From the NCBI GenBank assembly GCA_043228905.1, contig JBHGNT010000002.1, positions 9,796,001-9,860,000 on the forward strand: a DNA stretch of 64,000 nucleotides, in the 5' to 3' direction. The DNA is from Azolla caroliniana. Its lineage: Eukaryota; Plantae; Polypodiophyta. The position numbers and the translations under genes were made by a program. This document shows, in pieces, positions 35,701 through 45,703 of the stretch (positions are counted from its first letter, which is position 1; the number at the start of each line of letters is the position of its first letter). The notes beneath the pieces are model-generated. The model was given only the letters and a program-made list of their open reading frames with translations. It did not search any database and was not told the DNA's origin.

Positions 35701-37898
35701 GGTACCACCACAATGGGCGAAACCCATTCAGAATCTTCCACTGGGTAAATGAATTGTGCACGCAACAAAGCTTTGACTTCCTTTAATAAGGCCTCCTTTT
35801 GCACGTGACCTAGCCTTCGCAACTTTTGCGCAACGGGAGTTGTACCCTCCTTTAGATTTATGTGATGTTGGATGACATCTACACCCCTAATATGAGCATA
35901 ATCACTAATGAAAAGGTTAGGAAATTCAGAAATCAAATTAATAAATTGTTGCCTCTCTTGCCCTTTAAGATCTTTAGAAATCATCTTCTCTTTTTGCTCC
36001 ATAGTAATTAAACCTCCTTCATCATCTTCTTCCTTCAAAACGGCATATGATGTGGTCATTTCCCATTCTGACGAGGAATCTTCACTTTCATCACTTTCAT
36101 ATGCGGACCCACTATCATATTCAGTTATTCCATCTTCTTCTTTCTCAATAAGTCTTTGTTGCCGCATATCATAATGTATGCTCACTCCTTTTGATGGCGT
36201 TATGGTCATCAAACCTTTGCTCCAATCTTGGACAACATTGAGTTCTTGCATCCATGGTCGTCCTAGTACCAAAGAATATGACGGTCCTTTTAGTGGTATT
36301 ACATGAAAATCCATGGAAATGCTTACCCCAAAACACTTGATGACAACATCCTCCACTATGCCAATGCAATGGACCACTCCACCATCGGCTACAGCCACTC
36401 TTGCCGAAGATGACCTACTTATAGGAATTCCCACTTTGTTTACCACAAATTCAGAAATCAAGCTTACTCTAGCACCACTATCAACCAACGCATCTTTGAT
36501 GTGAAACCCTTTGATGGAGACGGGGATGGTGGGTCGTATGTCCTTTCGATCTTCTACTCGCACGATTCCCACATAATGCACAGTCTTCCGACTTTGGCGA
36601 ATACTTGCAAGTCGCCCCCACTCCTTTCGTAATGTGGGAGATAATTGGAGAAGTTGCGGCCATGTTATCCTTGGTCCACTTGAAATCAACTCATGCTTCA
36701 AATTGAAAGCTTCTACACCTTCACCCATAGGAATGTCCTCCATCTTGATCTTTCTTCTAGAGTGTCTCCTTCTCAATTTTTCCTCTTTCTCATTCTCCTT
36801 AGACTTCTTCTTTTGTCTTGAGGCACTAGATTCTCCTTCAACTTCTTTCTCCTTTTGTGAGGACCTTGTCCTTTTCACAGGAGCTACTTCAAAAGAATTA
36901 TCACTATCATCAATAAAATTAAGAAGATTCACATTATGAGGAATTGTAGGAACCTGAGCCATAGGGAGTGTTACGTTTCCTTCGACTTCATTGTTGTTAG
37001 GTCGTTGTCCATTCCTTTGCACTTGATAAATGCCTCTTCCCATGCCTCTTTGTTGTCGATGAGGACATCTTGTTGAGATGTGTCCCTCCTCTTGACAAGA
37101 ATAACAAATTACACCGTGATGCCCTCTAGAGCCACCACCATCGGGAATAGTGTTGTGAATTGCTTGGGATTGTCGCAAGTGGGTCATCACTTCATCAAAG
37201 CGCCGATTTACCAATGCCATGGTATCTTGTTCACTCCTCACTTGTTCAACTTCTTGGGATATACTTGTTGGGTTTATTGTTGTGGTGGTATACACATTTG
37301 GAAACACTTGTCCCCCATGCACAATTGAAGATGAGGCTTGAAAGTTGGCACGAGGCATCAAATTTGCACCCAAAGCCGTCATTTGGGGATCCCCCAAGGA
37401 GCTCATCATCTTCACTTGTCGATCATAAGCTTGACAAACTTGGATAAGAGCTTGAAACGATGTGGGATCCTTCAAGTTTGCTTCCAAACGGAAATACATA
37501 TCAAGACTCATCTTGAATCGTTCCATTTTAAACCACTCGTCTTCAGTGCCGCCACGAAGACGAATCCATGTAGTCCACAAATCCTTGAAATTTCTTTCAT
37601 ACTCAGTGAAACCAATTGGTGATTCCATCTTTAGTCGAAATAGCTCTTCCCTTACTTCGGTTGCACTTCGTCGTTGAATATATTTGGCACGAAACTGGTG
37701 CACCAACAATTGATATGCTCCCTGTTGGTTTGGAGGAAGAGAGTCATACCAATCTCGAGCTCGACCATAGAATGTAGCTACCAATAAAGGTAACTTCTCA
37801 TTGTCGGTGATGCGTCCAATAGAGACAGCATGATGCTCAAAAGATGCCAAAAAGGCACCCGCATCTTGTGTTCTTTCACCTGAAAATGCAAATTGCAT
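32739..37898 (-). CDS. Gypsy H Gag-Pol polyprotein (~1719 aa): Gag, CCHC, PR, RT, degenerate RH, archaeal-type RNase H, integrase
   Basis: Uninterrupted ORF, first ATG after the PBS at 37898. Motifs CYSCQEEGHISTRC, ALVDSGA, FMDD, FFDGAF...NNEAEY...GDS...NKEADALA, WGIDAVGP, VSDHG and NGAVEKVN. Confidence 0.96.
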   Translation of the reverse strand: MQFAFSGERTQDAGAFLASFEHHAVSIGRITDNEKLPLLVATFYGRARDWYDSLPPNQQGAYQLLVHQFRAKYIQRRSATEVREELFRLKMESPIGFTEYERNFKDLWTTWIRLRGGTEDEWFKMERFKMSLDMYFRLEANLKDPTSFQALIQVCQAYDRQVKMMSSLGDPQMTALGANLMPRANFQASSSIVHGGQVFPNVYTTTTINPTSISQEVEQVRSEQDTMALVNRRFDEVMTHLRQSQAIHNTIPDGGGSRGHHGVICYSCQEEGHISTRCPHRQQRGMGRGIYQVQRNGQRPNNNEVEGNVTLPMAQVPTIPHNVNLLNFIDDSDNSFEVAPVKRTRSSQKEKEVEGESSASRQKKKSKENEKEEKLRRRHSRRKIKMEDIPMGEGVEAFNLKHELISSGPRITWPQLLQLSPTLRKEWGRLASIRQSRKTVHYVGIVRVEDRKDIRPTIPVSIKGFHIKDALVDSGARVSLISEFVVNKVGIPISRSSSARVAVADGGVVHCIGIVEDVVIKCFGVSISMDFHVIPLKGPSYSLVLGRPWMQELNVVQDWSKGLMTITPSKGVSIHYDMRQQRLIEKEEDGITEYDSGSAYESDESEDSSSEWEMTTSYAVLKEEDDEGGLITMEQKEKMISKDLKGQERQQFINLISEFPNLFISDYAHIRGVDVIQHHINLKEGTTPVAQKLRRLGHVQKEALLKEVKALLRAQFIYPVEDSEWVSPIVVVPKKNGKWRVCVDYKPLNAATKRDHFPLPFQDEILDEIAGHEMYSVCDGYSGYFQIRIAEEDQKKTTFITPWGCFAYRCMPFGLTNAVFTFNRLAIHVFQPFFGKFVRVFMDDFAIYSSRKDHLEKVRLAFKRLEECKMQLNPEKCHIGEKEVVMLGHVVSQEGIKVDSSKIEAIQKLTTPTSIKDLEVFVQKVRYFERFIHMLAQILYPFRIILRTNNFLWTSTTEEQYVRIKKLLCNAPILEPPDRTSTFFLSLSVGSHAIGAILMQQDSENRLMHPIYFISKAMSDVEKEFLEVEKWMLALIYACKKFRSFLLPHHFVIITSMSLLPYVLQHVSISARIAKWALLLAEFDFEVKLESTMRAELADLLTFRETFHEEDLVKLRKALPEPDMEDAFTLFFDGAFRKATNIAVGGIILKDPQGDRVKSEGITLSGVNSNNEAEYATLCYGLRLCKAMKIKRLILKGDSLLVIKQIQGNWKCQSDGLRNFYKEAMSLLRSFEKIQVKHVGRLYNKEADALAQAQLDKIKEGFVGVLETCKDVDSLEEVHNFLNKGEFPNNLNALQRKRLVAKASQYHLVGEDLYNKGKDGVLRRVPNKSEIIKILFKLHEEVCGGHLAHDIMIRKILLICFTWPTIHRDVHDWCRSCDACQKAGIRHLQSGPLQPIVVFAPFEKWGIDAVGPLPKTQHGKEFILVAIDYMTKWVEAIATSSIKAKDVAQFVYKNICTRFGIPMEIVSDHGPGFRSEMLACLLSKLKIKHRYSTPYYPQANGAVEKVNGLIVKNLTKLVQDKVRTWDRYLDDTLWAYRVSYKSSTGFTPFYLVYGKEALLPIELEIKSNRLMEASHRSKGNDVMSRLASNHLLQYSREEAVEHYLNQAMKRKEAYDKKHKGNHIEEGSLVLRYDNRYDYIQGQKLDNKWEGPFVVHKKYDNGSYQLKDVDGALHSYRVNGWRLKKYVTRGPTYIPQVTNDIVDTDGWEQEVDLFPHTLFS

Positions 37899-37986
37899 AG
37901 CTAAGTTAATGTAATATAGTAACACAATTAAATGATAAGTTCTCCCTCCTATACGGAAAGGATCCACCCTCCCTGGAGCGCCAAAA

Positions 37987-38735
37987 TGATAGGGTGTATA
38001 AGATAATAGATAGTTATACACTATATGAGGGCTTGACCAAACCGATTAGATGGAGTTGAAAATCATAATATATTATATAGCTCTAGGTAATTATGATTAG
38101 AGAGTATAACTCAAGAAACTAAGAAAAAAGATAGAGAAAGCGAGCAAGAAATAAGAATGTTCTGATATTCCAACATCAAGAGAATACAAAGGAGACAAAC
38201 TCCACATTGAACTAAAACCAAAGACCTTCCTCTTCTAAGACACTTCCTCTTCCACAAAGACACTTCTTCCTAACACTCCTCATCCACTCTTTGACCTTCA
38301 CTCTTCGCCCCCCTCCTCACTAATATCACTTCTTCTTTTATAACCTTCCTCTTCTTATCCACGTTCATGCTATTTTTAGAAGCTTTTTATCTCCCTATTT
38401 TTAGCTATGACACATCGACCTTCTAATCGTCATATCTCCCTCATCCGATATCCAAATTAAGCGATTTAAAAAGCTATAGAAAGCTCTTTTTACAAGCTTT
38501 CTAATCCATATTTAAACGTGATATTTGGATAAACAACGAGGGAGTTATGACCATTCTATTTTTACTGTTTTTTATAGTCTGCGTTTTCTCTTTTTACTTT
38601 TCTCTTGGTCTCGTACTTTTACTTTTGACTTCTTCCCTAAGGTCTTAGTTCGTGTTCTTATCCTCAAAAGGTGAATTATCTATACTTTATATTCTCCTAA
38701 TGTTCAATGGCTTAGATTCTAAAAACACTTTCACA
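37987..38735 (-). repeat. 5' LTR of Gypsy H
   Basis: Adjacent PBS; direct repeat of 31729-32477. Confidence 0.95.
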
Positions 38736-38740
38736 CCAAG

Positions 38741-41700
38741 GTTTACAGAAAAAGTGGCAGCATTAATTGCATATAAAGGTTCCGAACAAATAGCAGTACA
38801 CTACAATCAGCCAAGTAATAACCCTTCGATCATGGATGAACAGAATCCGTCGATTAAGGTAATACTTTACGGGCAAGAAATCGGAAATGTGATTATAGAT
38901 GGAGGCTCGGGTGTTAATGTGATTAACAAAACTACATGTGAAAAACTGGGAATCACGGAATGGGAAGCATGTCCGTTTTGGTTACGAATGGCAGATACAA
39001 GTACGGTACGACCGATGGGTTTGCTTCGACAACTGGATGTAATAATCGGGGGACACAGTTTTCAGATTTCGGCAGTAATTTTGCAGTTAGAAACACAGGG
39101 AGCATACCCCTTGTTATTGGGGAGACCATGGTTAAAGACAGCTAATATTAAACAAAATTGGAAACAAAATGTGCTAACATTTAGGAAAGGAAAAAATAAG
39201 GTCAGGATTCCGACGCACAACAAAGTGACAACAAGCAAACAGAGTTTACCTGTACATGCAGAAGCAGTTAATATGATGGAAGGATTGGACGAGGAAGAAG
39301 AAAGTCAGTATTTTGATGATAATCAAAAAATCATCCCTCTATTTGAGGTAGATATTTTGCAAGCATTAACACCATATGTAGACTCACACGAAGAAGTGCC
39401 AATCGATGAGCAAACAATGAAAGAAATACGAATGCAACAAGAAGCTACAGATAAGGAAATGAAGGTATCTCAGAGAGTGCAAGCCTCAGCATTGGAGGAG
39501 ATCGATTTGGCAGGAGTAGAGGATGCTGAAAGAAAAACAGTCTTGATTGCTAGAGATTTGACGGTAAATGACAAACGGACATTAACAACATTACTATTAC
39601 AATATAAAGATGTTTTTGCATGGTCGTTTGACGATATGAAAGGTCTGGATCCCGCTTTTTGTCAACATCAAATCAATTTGCATAAAGATGCAAAGCCAGT
39701 ACAACAACGCAGATACAGGTTGAATCCGAATTATGCTATCAAAGTAAAAGAAGAAATCGATAAACTCTTAAAAGTAGGATTTATTCGACCCGTCAAAAAA
39801 TCAACATGGCTGAGTCCGATAGTAGTAGTCCCGAAAAAGAATGGGAAAATTCGCGTATGTGTGGATTACAGAAAATTGAATGCAGCGACAATTACGGATG
39901 CGTTTCCGTTGCCATTCACAGATGGGATATTAGATGCAGTAGCGGGACATGAAATTTATAGTTTCTTGGATGGGTTCAGTGGGTACAACCAAGTACGGAT
40001 GAATCCGGAAGATCAGGAAAAGACACCTTTCGTCACAGAATGGGGTGTCTTTGTGGCAGTAGTCATGATGTTCGGTTTAAAAACAGCTCCAACTACATTT
40101 CAGCGGGTAATACAGGAAATATTCGGGGAATATATTCCAGCTTTCATGCAGGTGTTTTTAGATGATTTTGCAGTATATAGTCGGAAAGCTGATCATTTTG
40201 AGCATTTACGGCTATGTTTAGAAAAATGTCGAAAAGGGCGTCTTATTTTAAATCCAGCCAAATGCGCATTCGGAGTAATGAGTGGTACATTACTTGGGCA
40301 TATTGTCAGTCAAGAAGGGATTGCAGTGGACCCAGACAAAGTTAAAGCAATTATTGAGGCAACACCACCAACAAATGCTAAAGCTCTAAGTAGATTTTTG
40401 GGTCAAATTCGGTGGCACAGTAGAATGATGAGATATCTAGCAGACATTGCTATTCCGTTACACACAGCAGTACACAAAGTTCCATTTATATGGACAAGTA
40501 TAGAACAAGATGCATACGAATGTCTCAAGAAGATGCTGACGAAGGTTCCGGTAGTTCAACCACCGGACTGGAACAAACCATTTCATGTTTTCGTCGATGC
40601 GTCGGACATTGCCATAGGCAGTGCTTTAATGCAATTATCTGAACCAAACTGGTATAGGCCGGTATACTATGCCAGTAGGAAACTTTCGTCGGCCGAAAGA
40701 AACTATTCAACAACCGAAAGAGAAGCTTTAGGAATGATATATAGTGTGAACAAATTTCGACATTACCTTTTGGGTAAGAAATTTACATTTCATGTGGATC
40801 ATTCGGCTTTACTGTATCTAGTTTCCAAACAAGAATTGACAGGCAAGTTAGCCCGATGGACGTTATTGCTTCAAGAGTTTGAATTCGACATTATACATCG
40901 ACCAGGAGCACAGCACGCGATTGCTGACTATCTCAGTCGGCTTGAGACTGGAGAAGAAGCGGTTCGGGTTAAAGATGATTTTCCAGATACTCAATTATTT
41001 CGGGTTGAGGCAGTAAAAGCACATGAAGTGAATGAGGAAAAAGAGGATGAATGGATTTCCGAAATGACGATATTTCTATCAACAGGAATTCCGGCCGAAC
41101 ACATGTCGACAGATGAAAGAAAAAGAATTGCAGTACGAAGTCGGAATTTTTGTTTATTTAATGACATGTTGTATCATAAAGGAGCGGATGGAATATGGCG
41201 AAGGGCAGTACGAAAATTTGAAAAATCAGCCTTATTAACAGAGTCACATTGTGGAATTGCTGGCGGTCATTACGCAGGAGAAGCAACAACCAGAAAAATA
41301 TGGAATAGCGGGTTATGGTGGCCAACGGTGATGAAAGATGCTAACGAATACTGTAAGAAATGCGATTTGTGTCAAAGAATGGGGCAACCAACCGAAAAGG
41401 ATCGAATGCCTTTTCAACCGGTTTTACCTCTTGAGCCATTTCAGAAATGGGGCTTAGATTTTGTTGGCCCATTCAAACCAGCAGCTGCAAGAACCGGTAA
41501 TCGATATATCATAATTGCGACTGACTATTGCACAAAATGGGTTGAAGCAAAAGCTCTCAGGGACAATACAGCAGCATCCACAGCAAAATTCCTGTATGAG
41601 AATATATGGTGTCAATTCGGTTGCCCAATAGAATTGGTAAGCGATCAAGGCACTCATTTTATTAACAAGTTAATTAACGAATTAACCAATTACTATGCCG

Positions 41701-42340
41701 TAGTTCATAAGAAAAGTACGCCTTACTATCCCAAGCTAATGGATTGGCAGAATCGACAAATAAAACAATTCAAACAATTTTAAAGAAGATAGTGAATGAA
41801 AATCGTACTGATTGGGATCAAAAGTTAAATAGTGCATTATGGGCATATCGTACTTCGTACAAAACATCCATTAAATCAACACATTTCTGAATGGCATTCG
41901 GACTCGAAGCCGTTATGCCGATCGAATTTCAAATTCCGACACTTCGTATCCAAGCAACGAATAAGTTAAATGAAATAGAATCGGAGCAGATACGCAAAGA
42001 GGCTTTATTAGTATTAGAAGAAGAACGGATTCAATCAATGTCAGCACTAGAACACAAGCAGAGACAAATCAAGGCATTCGTAAATCGACATCGAAGGAAA
42101 TCGGAAGAGCAATTCGAAATTGGGAAACCGGTATTGGTATTCCAGACGAGAATGGGACTTATGCCTGGGAAACTTCGGTATAGATGGACAGGTCCAGTAT
42201 GGATAATTAATAGTAAAAATGGTACGTACCAACTGGGATCATTAACCGGAGAGGTTTTACCGAAATGGGTAAATGGATTTCGGCTTAAACCGTATTTGGG
42301 AGATATGCCGGTAAATCCGTTTATTCAAACGGAAGAGTAA
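38741..42340 (+). pseudogene. Gypsy E pol: protease, RT, RNase H, integrase (1-bp frameshift near 41732, stop near 41888)
   Basis: IIDGGSGVN, FLDD, FVDASD...EREAL...VDH...IADYLSR, HHCC zinc finger, [13 protein letters not shown]. In frame with gag once H and one TSD copy are removed (VPRFTE). Confidence 0.93.
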
Positions 42341-42743
42341 AAAAAAAAAAACTAACTAACTAACTCGCTCAATAGTTCTTGTCAAATGCAGAAATACAAT
42401 CTTGCCATAACAGTATGAATCGACTATAAATAGAAAGCGGAATTGCATGATTATTAGTAAGGAGTACAACCACTACACGTAGAGTGAATACTAATTAATT
42501 CCTACATTAATAGCAATTACTATTCTTTAAGTCATCATGCATAAGTTAATATCTTTAAAGCATATTTCTGTATCGTCTGTGTCGCCAAAATAACAGAAAC
42601 GAGTGCAGATATCGAAACAGTCTGAGCCTCCTTCGTGCCCTAGTTCGCCCAAACTCTGTTTTTCTGATTTTCATCGCTACAGAAACTGTGCAGATCTGCA
42701 ACTGTCATCGACAAGTGATTCAGAACAAGGAAACACAGAAGTC

Positions 42744-45197
42744 ATGCCGATTCCTGTATCTGAAGAACTGCGATTGTGGCTTCATGAGAGAAACTTACAA
42801 GGTTTCATCAAAGTAGCAGAAGTGGAACCTCATCCACAGGCGGAAGAATTGGTACAACAAATAGACATCACCAAAATCACCACAAAGAAAATACGAAATG
42901 CATTACAGATGCCAAGAGGAGGCTTTGAGGCAGTTAAAAAACCTTCATCAGAAGCACTCCAATCGTATTTCGGGGAATACTCACCCTCGGCAAAAGCATA
43001 TCAGACTTATGGAGGTCGGGATGAGTTTTTTCATGAAGTGGCTAGATTTTTATTAGAGGTGGGATTTGTCAGTCCTCGTTTTTATTGTATGCCGAAAAAA
43101 AGGGCTGGGTTTATCATAGCCGCATACGAAAAAGAGGATTTCAACTGGCCACTATTGTCGGGGGAAGCTCTGAGAGAGCAACTACAAGGGGTAAAAACAG
43201 GAAAACCGATGAAGCAAATTTTTGGTCGTTGGTTATCAGTATTGTTTCCGATTCAAGAATCGGAAACTCCTGTTCAGTCAAGAAGACCACCGATAGTACA
43301 AGCACCACGAAGACACCGACAGGTAGTACATGAAGAATGGATAGAAGAAGAATCGGCACATGCCGATAATATACAAACAAATATGCCTCAGTCGGAACCA
43401 CCAAGACCAGAGAATTCCGAAAACAGGCAACCAGCAGCAGAACAAGAAACAGTTGACAATTTGATAAACAAGCAACAGCCGACAGAAAATCGACAACAAG
43501 CAGAGAAGATGCGACAAAGAACAAGGATTAAACAAAAGGCTAATCGGCAATTCCAACCAGAAAACAGTGAGGGATCAGCACCGAAAAGGCAGCGCACAAA
43601 TGAAAATTCGAATACGCCTGTGGTAACAGAAGTACTAAAACCAGGGAATGAGAGCGTTTCGACACAACCTCACCAAGGACAATCTTCAAAAGTAGCAATT
43701 CGGGAAGCACATGGGTACTTGGATATCCCACCAGCAGCACATGAATTAGCTGCCATTTTACAGTTCGGGACTTCATACGAACTGGTTGAATGGTTGGCTA
43801 AAAGACTGACAGAAGTATCAGAACGGCTGGCTCAAGAACATAATGACCGAATAATGATACAAAAAGCCTTACGAGGAGTGTTGGAACCTCAAGAAAAAGC
43901 AGAGATAGAAAAAATAGGCCGGAAAAGAAGTGCACAGAATAAAGGGGAGGCTATTGAAATGCCACCATTACATGGAGCACTGGTCGAAATTCATAAAGAA
44001 TATGAAACGGTACGCAAAGAAGCCAGTGATATGGCTGAAAGATACAAAAGTGTATCAGCATCGGCGGAGGTGCTGAAACATCAGTTTTGTAACATACAGG
44101 CAGAAAATAAAGAACTAAAGGAAAGTCTAAACAAATGGGAAACACAGGCACAGCTTATGGTGTCGGAGTCAGAATGGCAGCAGAAATTGGAGGACGCTGA
44201 GAAAGCACGTCAAGCAGAAACAACAAGGGCCGACAATGCTGTATTTCGAACTACAGAATTAGAAAAACAAATAGAAACCATTCAGAATGGTCAATACAAA
44301 GTTCTCGAAGAAAAAAATCAAGTAATAAACGAATTACAGAAAAATCTAGAAGAAGTTAAGACGGCCAATCATACATATACCGAACAAATTGAAGAATTCG
44401 AAAGGTATATAGTGTCACAGGAAAGTCAATTGACAGAAAAAGAGCGGAGTCTTGAAGAAGTCAACAGAAGAATGACGGAACAGCAGGAAGAATGGAGTAA
44501 AGAGAAATCGGCATTCGAACAACAACTGGACGAAATTCGGAAGATATCGGAACAAAGACGGCTGGATATATATGTAGTCGAATCCAAACTAATGCGAGCT
44601 GAAAGTGAGAACCGAACCACTATTACGGATTTACAGAAAGAGTTGCAGACCGCCCAATACGTCGCAAGCATCACTAGGGACAAAGTGCAGCACATCATAG
44701 GGAAACATCGAAACCTAGAAAAGAAAATGATCGATGAATCCCTTGCGCAAGGATGGAAATTATGGACAACACAAGCGGCGGAATTACAGTTATTGCGTGC
44801 CAACAAAAATAACCGTCAGGTCCAAGGTGCAGGTTTTTTTAAAATGGCACAAAAGGATATTGACAATATCCAAGAGGATATCATGAAAGATATGGACGAA
44901 ATTGCGGCATTTTACAGAGAAGAAATTCAACGTATTATGCAAGAATTTGACAAAAATGATATAGGCACTTACGTCCAGTTGGATAAAATCGAAGCCGAAA
45001 GAATCAGCAAGACTCCTGGTATTCAAGCTTCCGGAAGAAGTGAACCAGAGCAGCCAACCGAATCACAACTTGCTCCGAAGGACGACTGTGACACAGATGA
45101 AGATGAAGAGGAAGATATAGGTGGAATACATCCAAGGCTAGATGAGCCTTCGATTTTTGATATTCTGAACGATTCGGATGAAGAGCTACAGGAATAG
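42744..45197 (+). CDS. Extra sense ORF (ORF3) of Gypsy E, ~817 aa, unknown function: globular N-terminus, disordered linker, long coiled coil, acidic tail
   Basis: Intact frame (open from 42603; first ATG 42744) between the integrase stop and the 3' LTR. Decayed homologues occur in D, G and G'. Confidence 0.88.
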   Translation: MPIPVSEELRLWLHERNLQGFIKVAEVEPHPQAEELVQQIDITKITTKKIRNALQMPRGGFEAVKKPSSEALQSYFGEYSPSAKAYQTYGGRDEFFHEVARFLLEVGFVSPRFYCMPKKRAGFIIAAYEKEDFNWPLLSGEALREQLQGVKTGKPMKQIFGRWLSVLFPIQESETPVQSRRPPIVQAPRRHRQVVHEEWIEEESAHADNIQTNMPQSEPPRPENSENRQPAAEQETVDNLINKQQPTENRQQAEKMRQRTRIKQKANRQFQPENSEGSAPKRQRTNENSNTPVVTEVLKPGNESVSTQPHQGQSSKVAIREAHGYLDIPPAAHELAAILQFGTSYELVEWLAKRLTEVSERLAQEHNDRIMIQKALRGVLEPQEKAEIEKIGRKRSAQNKGEAIEMPPLHGALVEIHKEYETVRKEASDMAERYKSVSASAEVLKHQFCNIQAENKELKESLNKWETQAQLMVSESEWQQKLEDAEKARQAETTRADNAVFRTTELEKQIETIQNGQYKVLEEKNQVINELQKNLEEVKTANHTYTEQIEEFERYIVSQESQLTEKERSLEEVNRRMTEQQEEWSKEKSAFEQQLDEIRKISEQRRLDIYVVESKLMRAESENRTTITDLQKELQTAQYVASITRDKVQHIIGKHRNLEKKMIDESLAQGWKLWTTQAAELQLLRANKNNRQVQGAGFFKMAQKDIDNIQEDIMKDMDEIAAFYREEIQRIMQEFDKNDIGTYVQLDKIEAERISKTPGIQASGRSEPEQPTESQLAPKDDCDTDEDEEEDIGGIHPRLDEPSIFDILNDSDEELQE

Positions 45198-45198
45198 G

Positions 45199-45239
45199 CG
45201 TGGGTTCACTGGACAAGGTCCTGGCCCACGGACGTGCCA
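45199..45239 (+). other. tRNA-3'-end-like hairpin ending in CCA at the PPT position of Gypsy E
   Basis: CGTGGGTTCACTGGACAAGGTCCTGGCCCACGGACGTGCCA, then AG, then LTR TG; no purine tract; homologues in D and G. Confidence 0.8.
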
Positions 45240-45241
45240 AG

Positions 45242-45698
45242 TGTTACCCGGACCCGGACAGTCAGTTTTACCGAACAAGTGGGAAAGCGTCGAAAACAGA
45301 GTCGGTTCGGATCGACTGTTCGGATCAATGACTCAGCAGTAAACGAAGAGAACTAAGTTAGTTAGATAATTTTGTAAATCTTGATAGTAAGTAGGAATAG
45401 TTCTTGATGAGAAAAGACCTTCGGTATACCTATAAAAGGGAACCGAAGGCATTGTAAGAAACGTCGTTTTATTTAGTAATATAAGTTTAAGTTAGGAATA
45501 TCCTGTACGGATTCTGTGTTCTTTCTATTGTCTATGTTCTTAAGTGCAAGCTTCCTAATTTATAACTAAGTAACGATCAAGGTAATTGCCGATTAATATA
45601 GTATAAGTCTGTTCGTAAAACACAATTCCTTGTTAGAACGTTGAGTAGCGATGTTCACTCTTCTGTATCGGTAGTAGATAGTAATTAGCCGATTAACA
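45242..45698 (+). repeat. 3' LTR of Gypsy E
   Basis: Direct repeat of 29325-29777; followed by TSD ATTTC. Confidence 0.95.
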
Positions 45699-45703
45699 AT
45701 TTC

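Larger units (their letters stand above)
31729..38735 (-). mobile_element. Gypsy H: very young, apparently intact 7.0-kb Ty3/Gypsy element with a second RNase H domain
   Basis: 749-bp LTRs 31729-32477 and 37987-38735 with no difference seen by eye; TSD CCAAG; minus-strand PBS TGGCGCTCCAGGGAGGG (37967-37983); PPT AAGGGGGAGGG near 32483-32493. Confidence 0.97.
29325..45698 (+). mobile_element. Gypsy E: young non-chromoviral Ty3/Gypsy element (~9.4 kb without its insert) with single gag-pol frame and an intact extra 3' ORF
   Basis: LTRs 29325-29777 and 45242-45698 (about 6 substitutions plus a 4-bp duplication); TSD ATTTC (29320-29324, 45699-45703); PBS TGGCACGCCCGG at 29789; PR-RT-RH-IN order. 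Confidence 0.96.

Noticed and set aside
38652-38740. N-terminus of the 1043-aa ORF and C-terminus of ORF 30527-31801
   Set aside because: Both are read-through into Gypsy H LTR sequence; the real frame is E gag-pol split at TSD CCAAG.
42603-45197. ORF3 as a captured host myosin/SMC-like gene or a retroviral env
   Set aside because: The coiled-coil composition is non-specific, there are no introns, motor or ATPase motifs or clear transmembrane segment, and it occupies the same position in several related elements.
45199-45239. A genuine tRNA gene or tRNA-derived SINE
   Set aside because: There is no D arm, anticodon arm, A box or 5' acceptor strand. Only the 3' portion with encoded CCA is present, fixed relative to the LTR.
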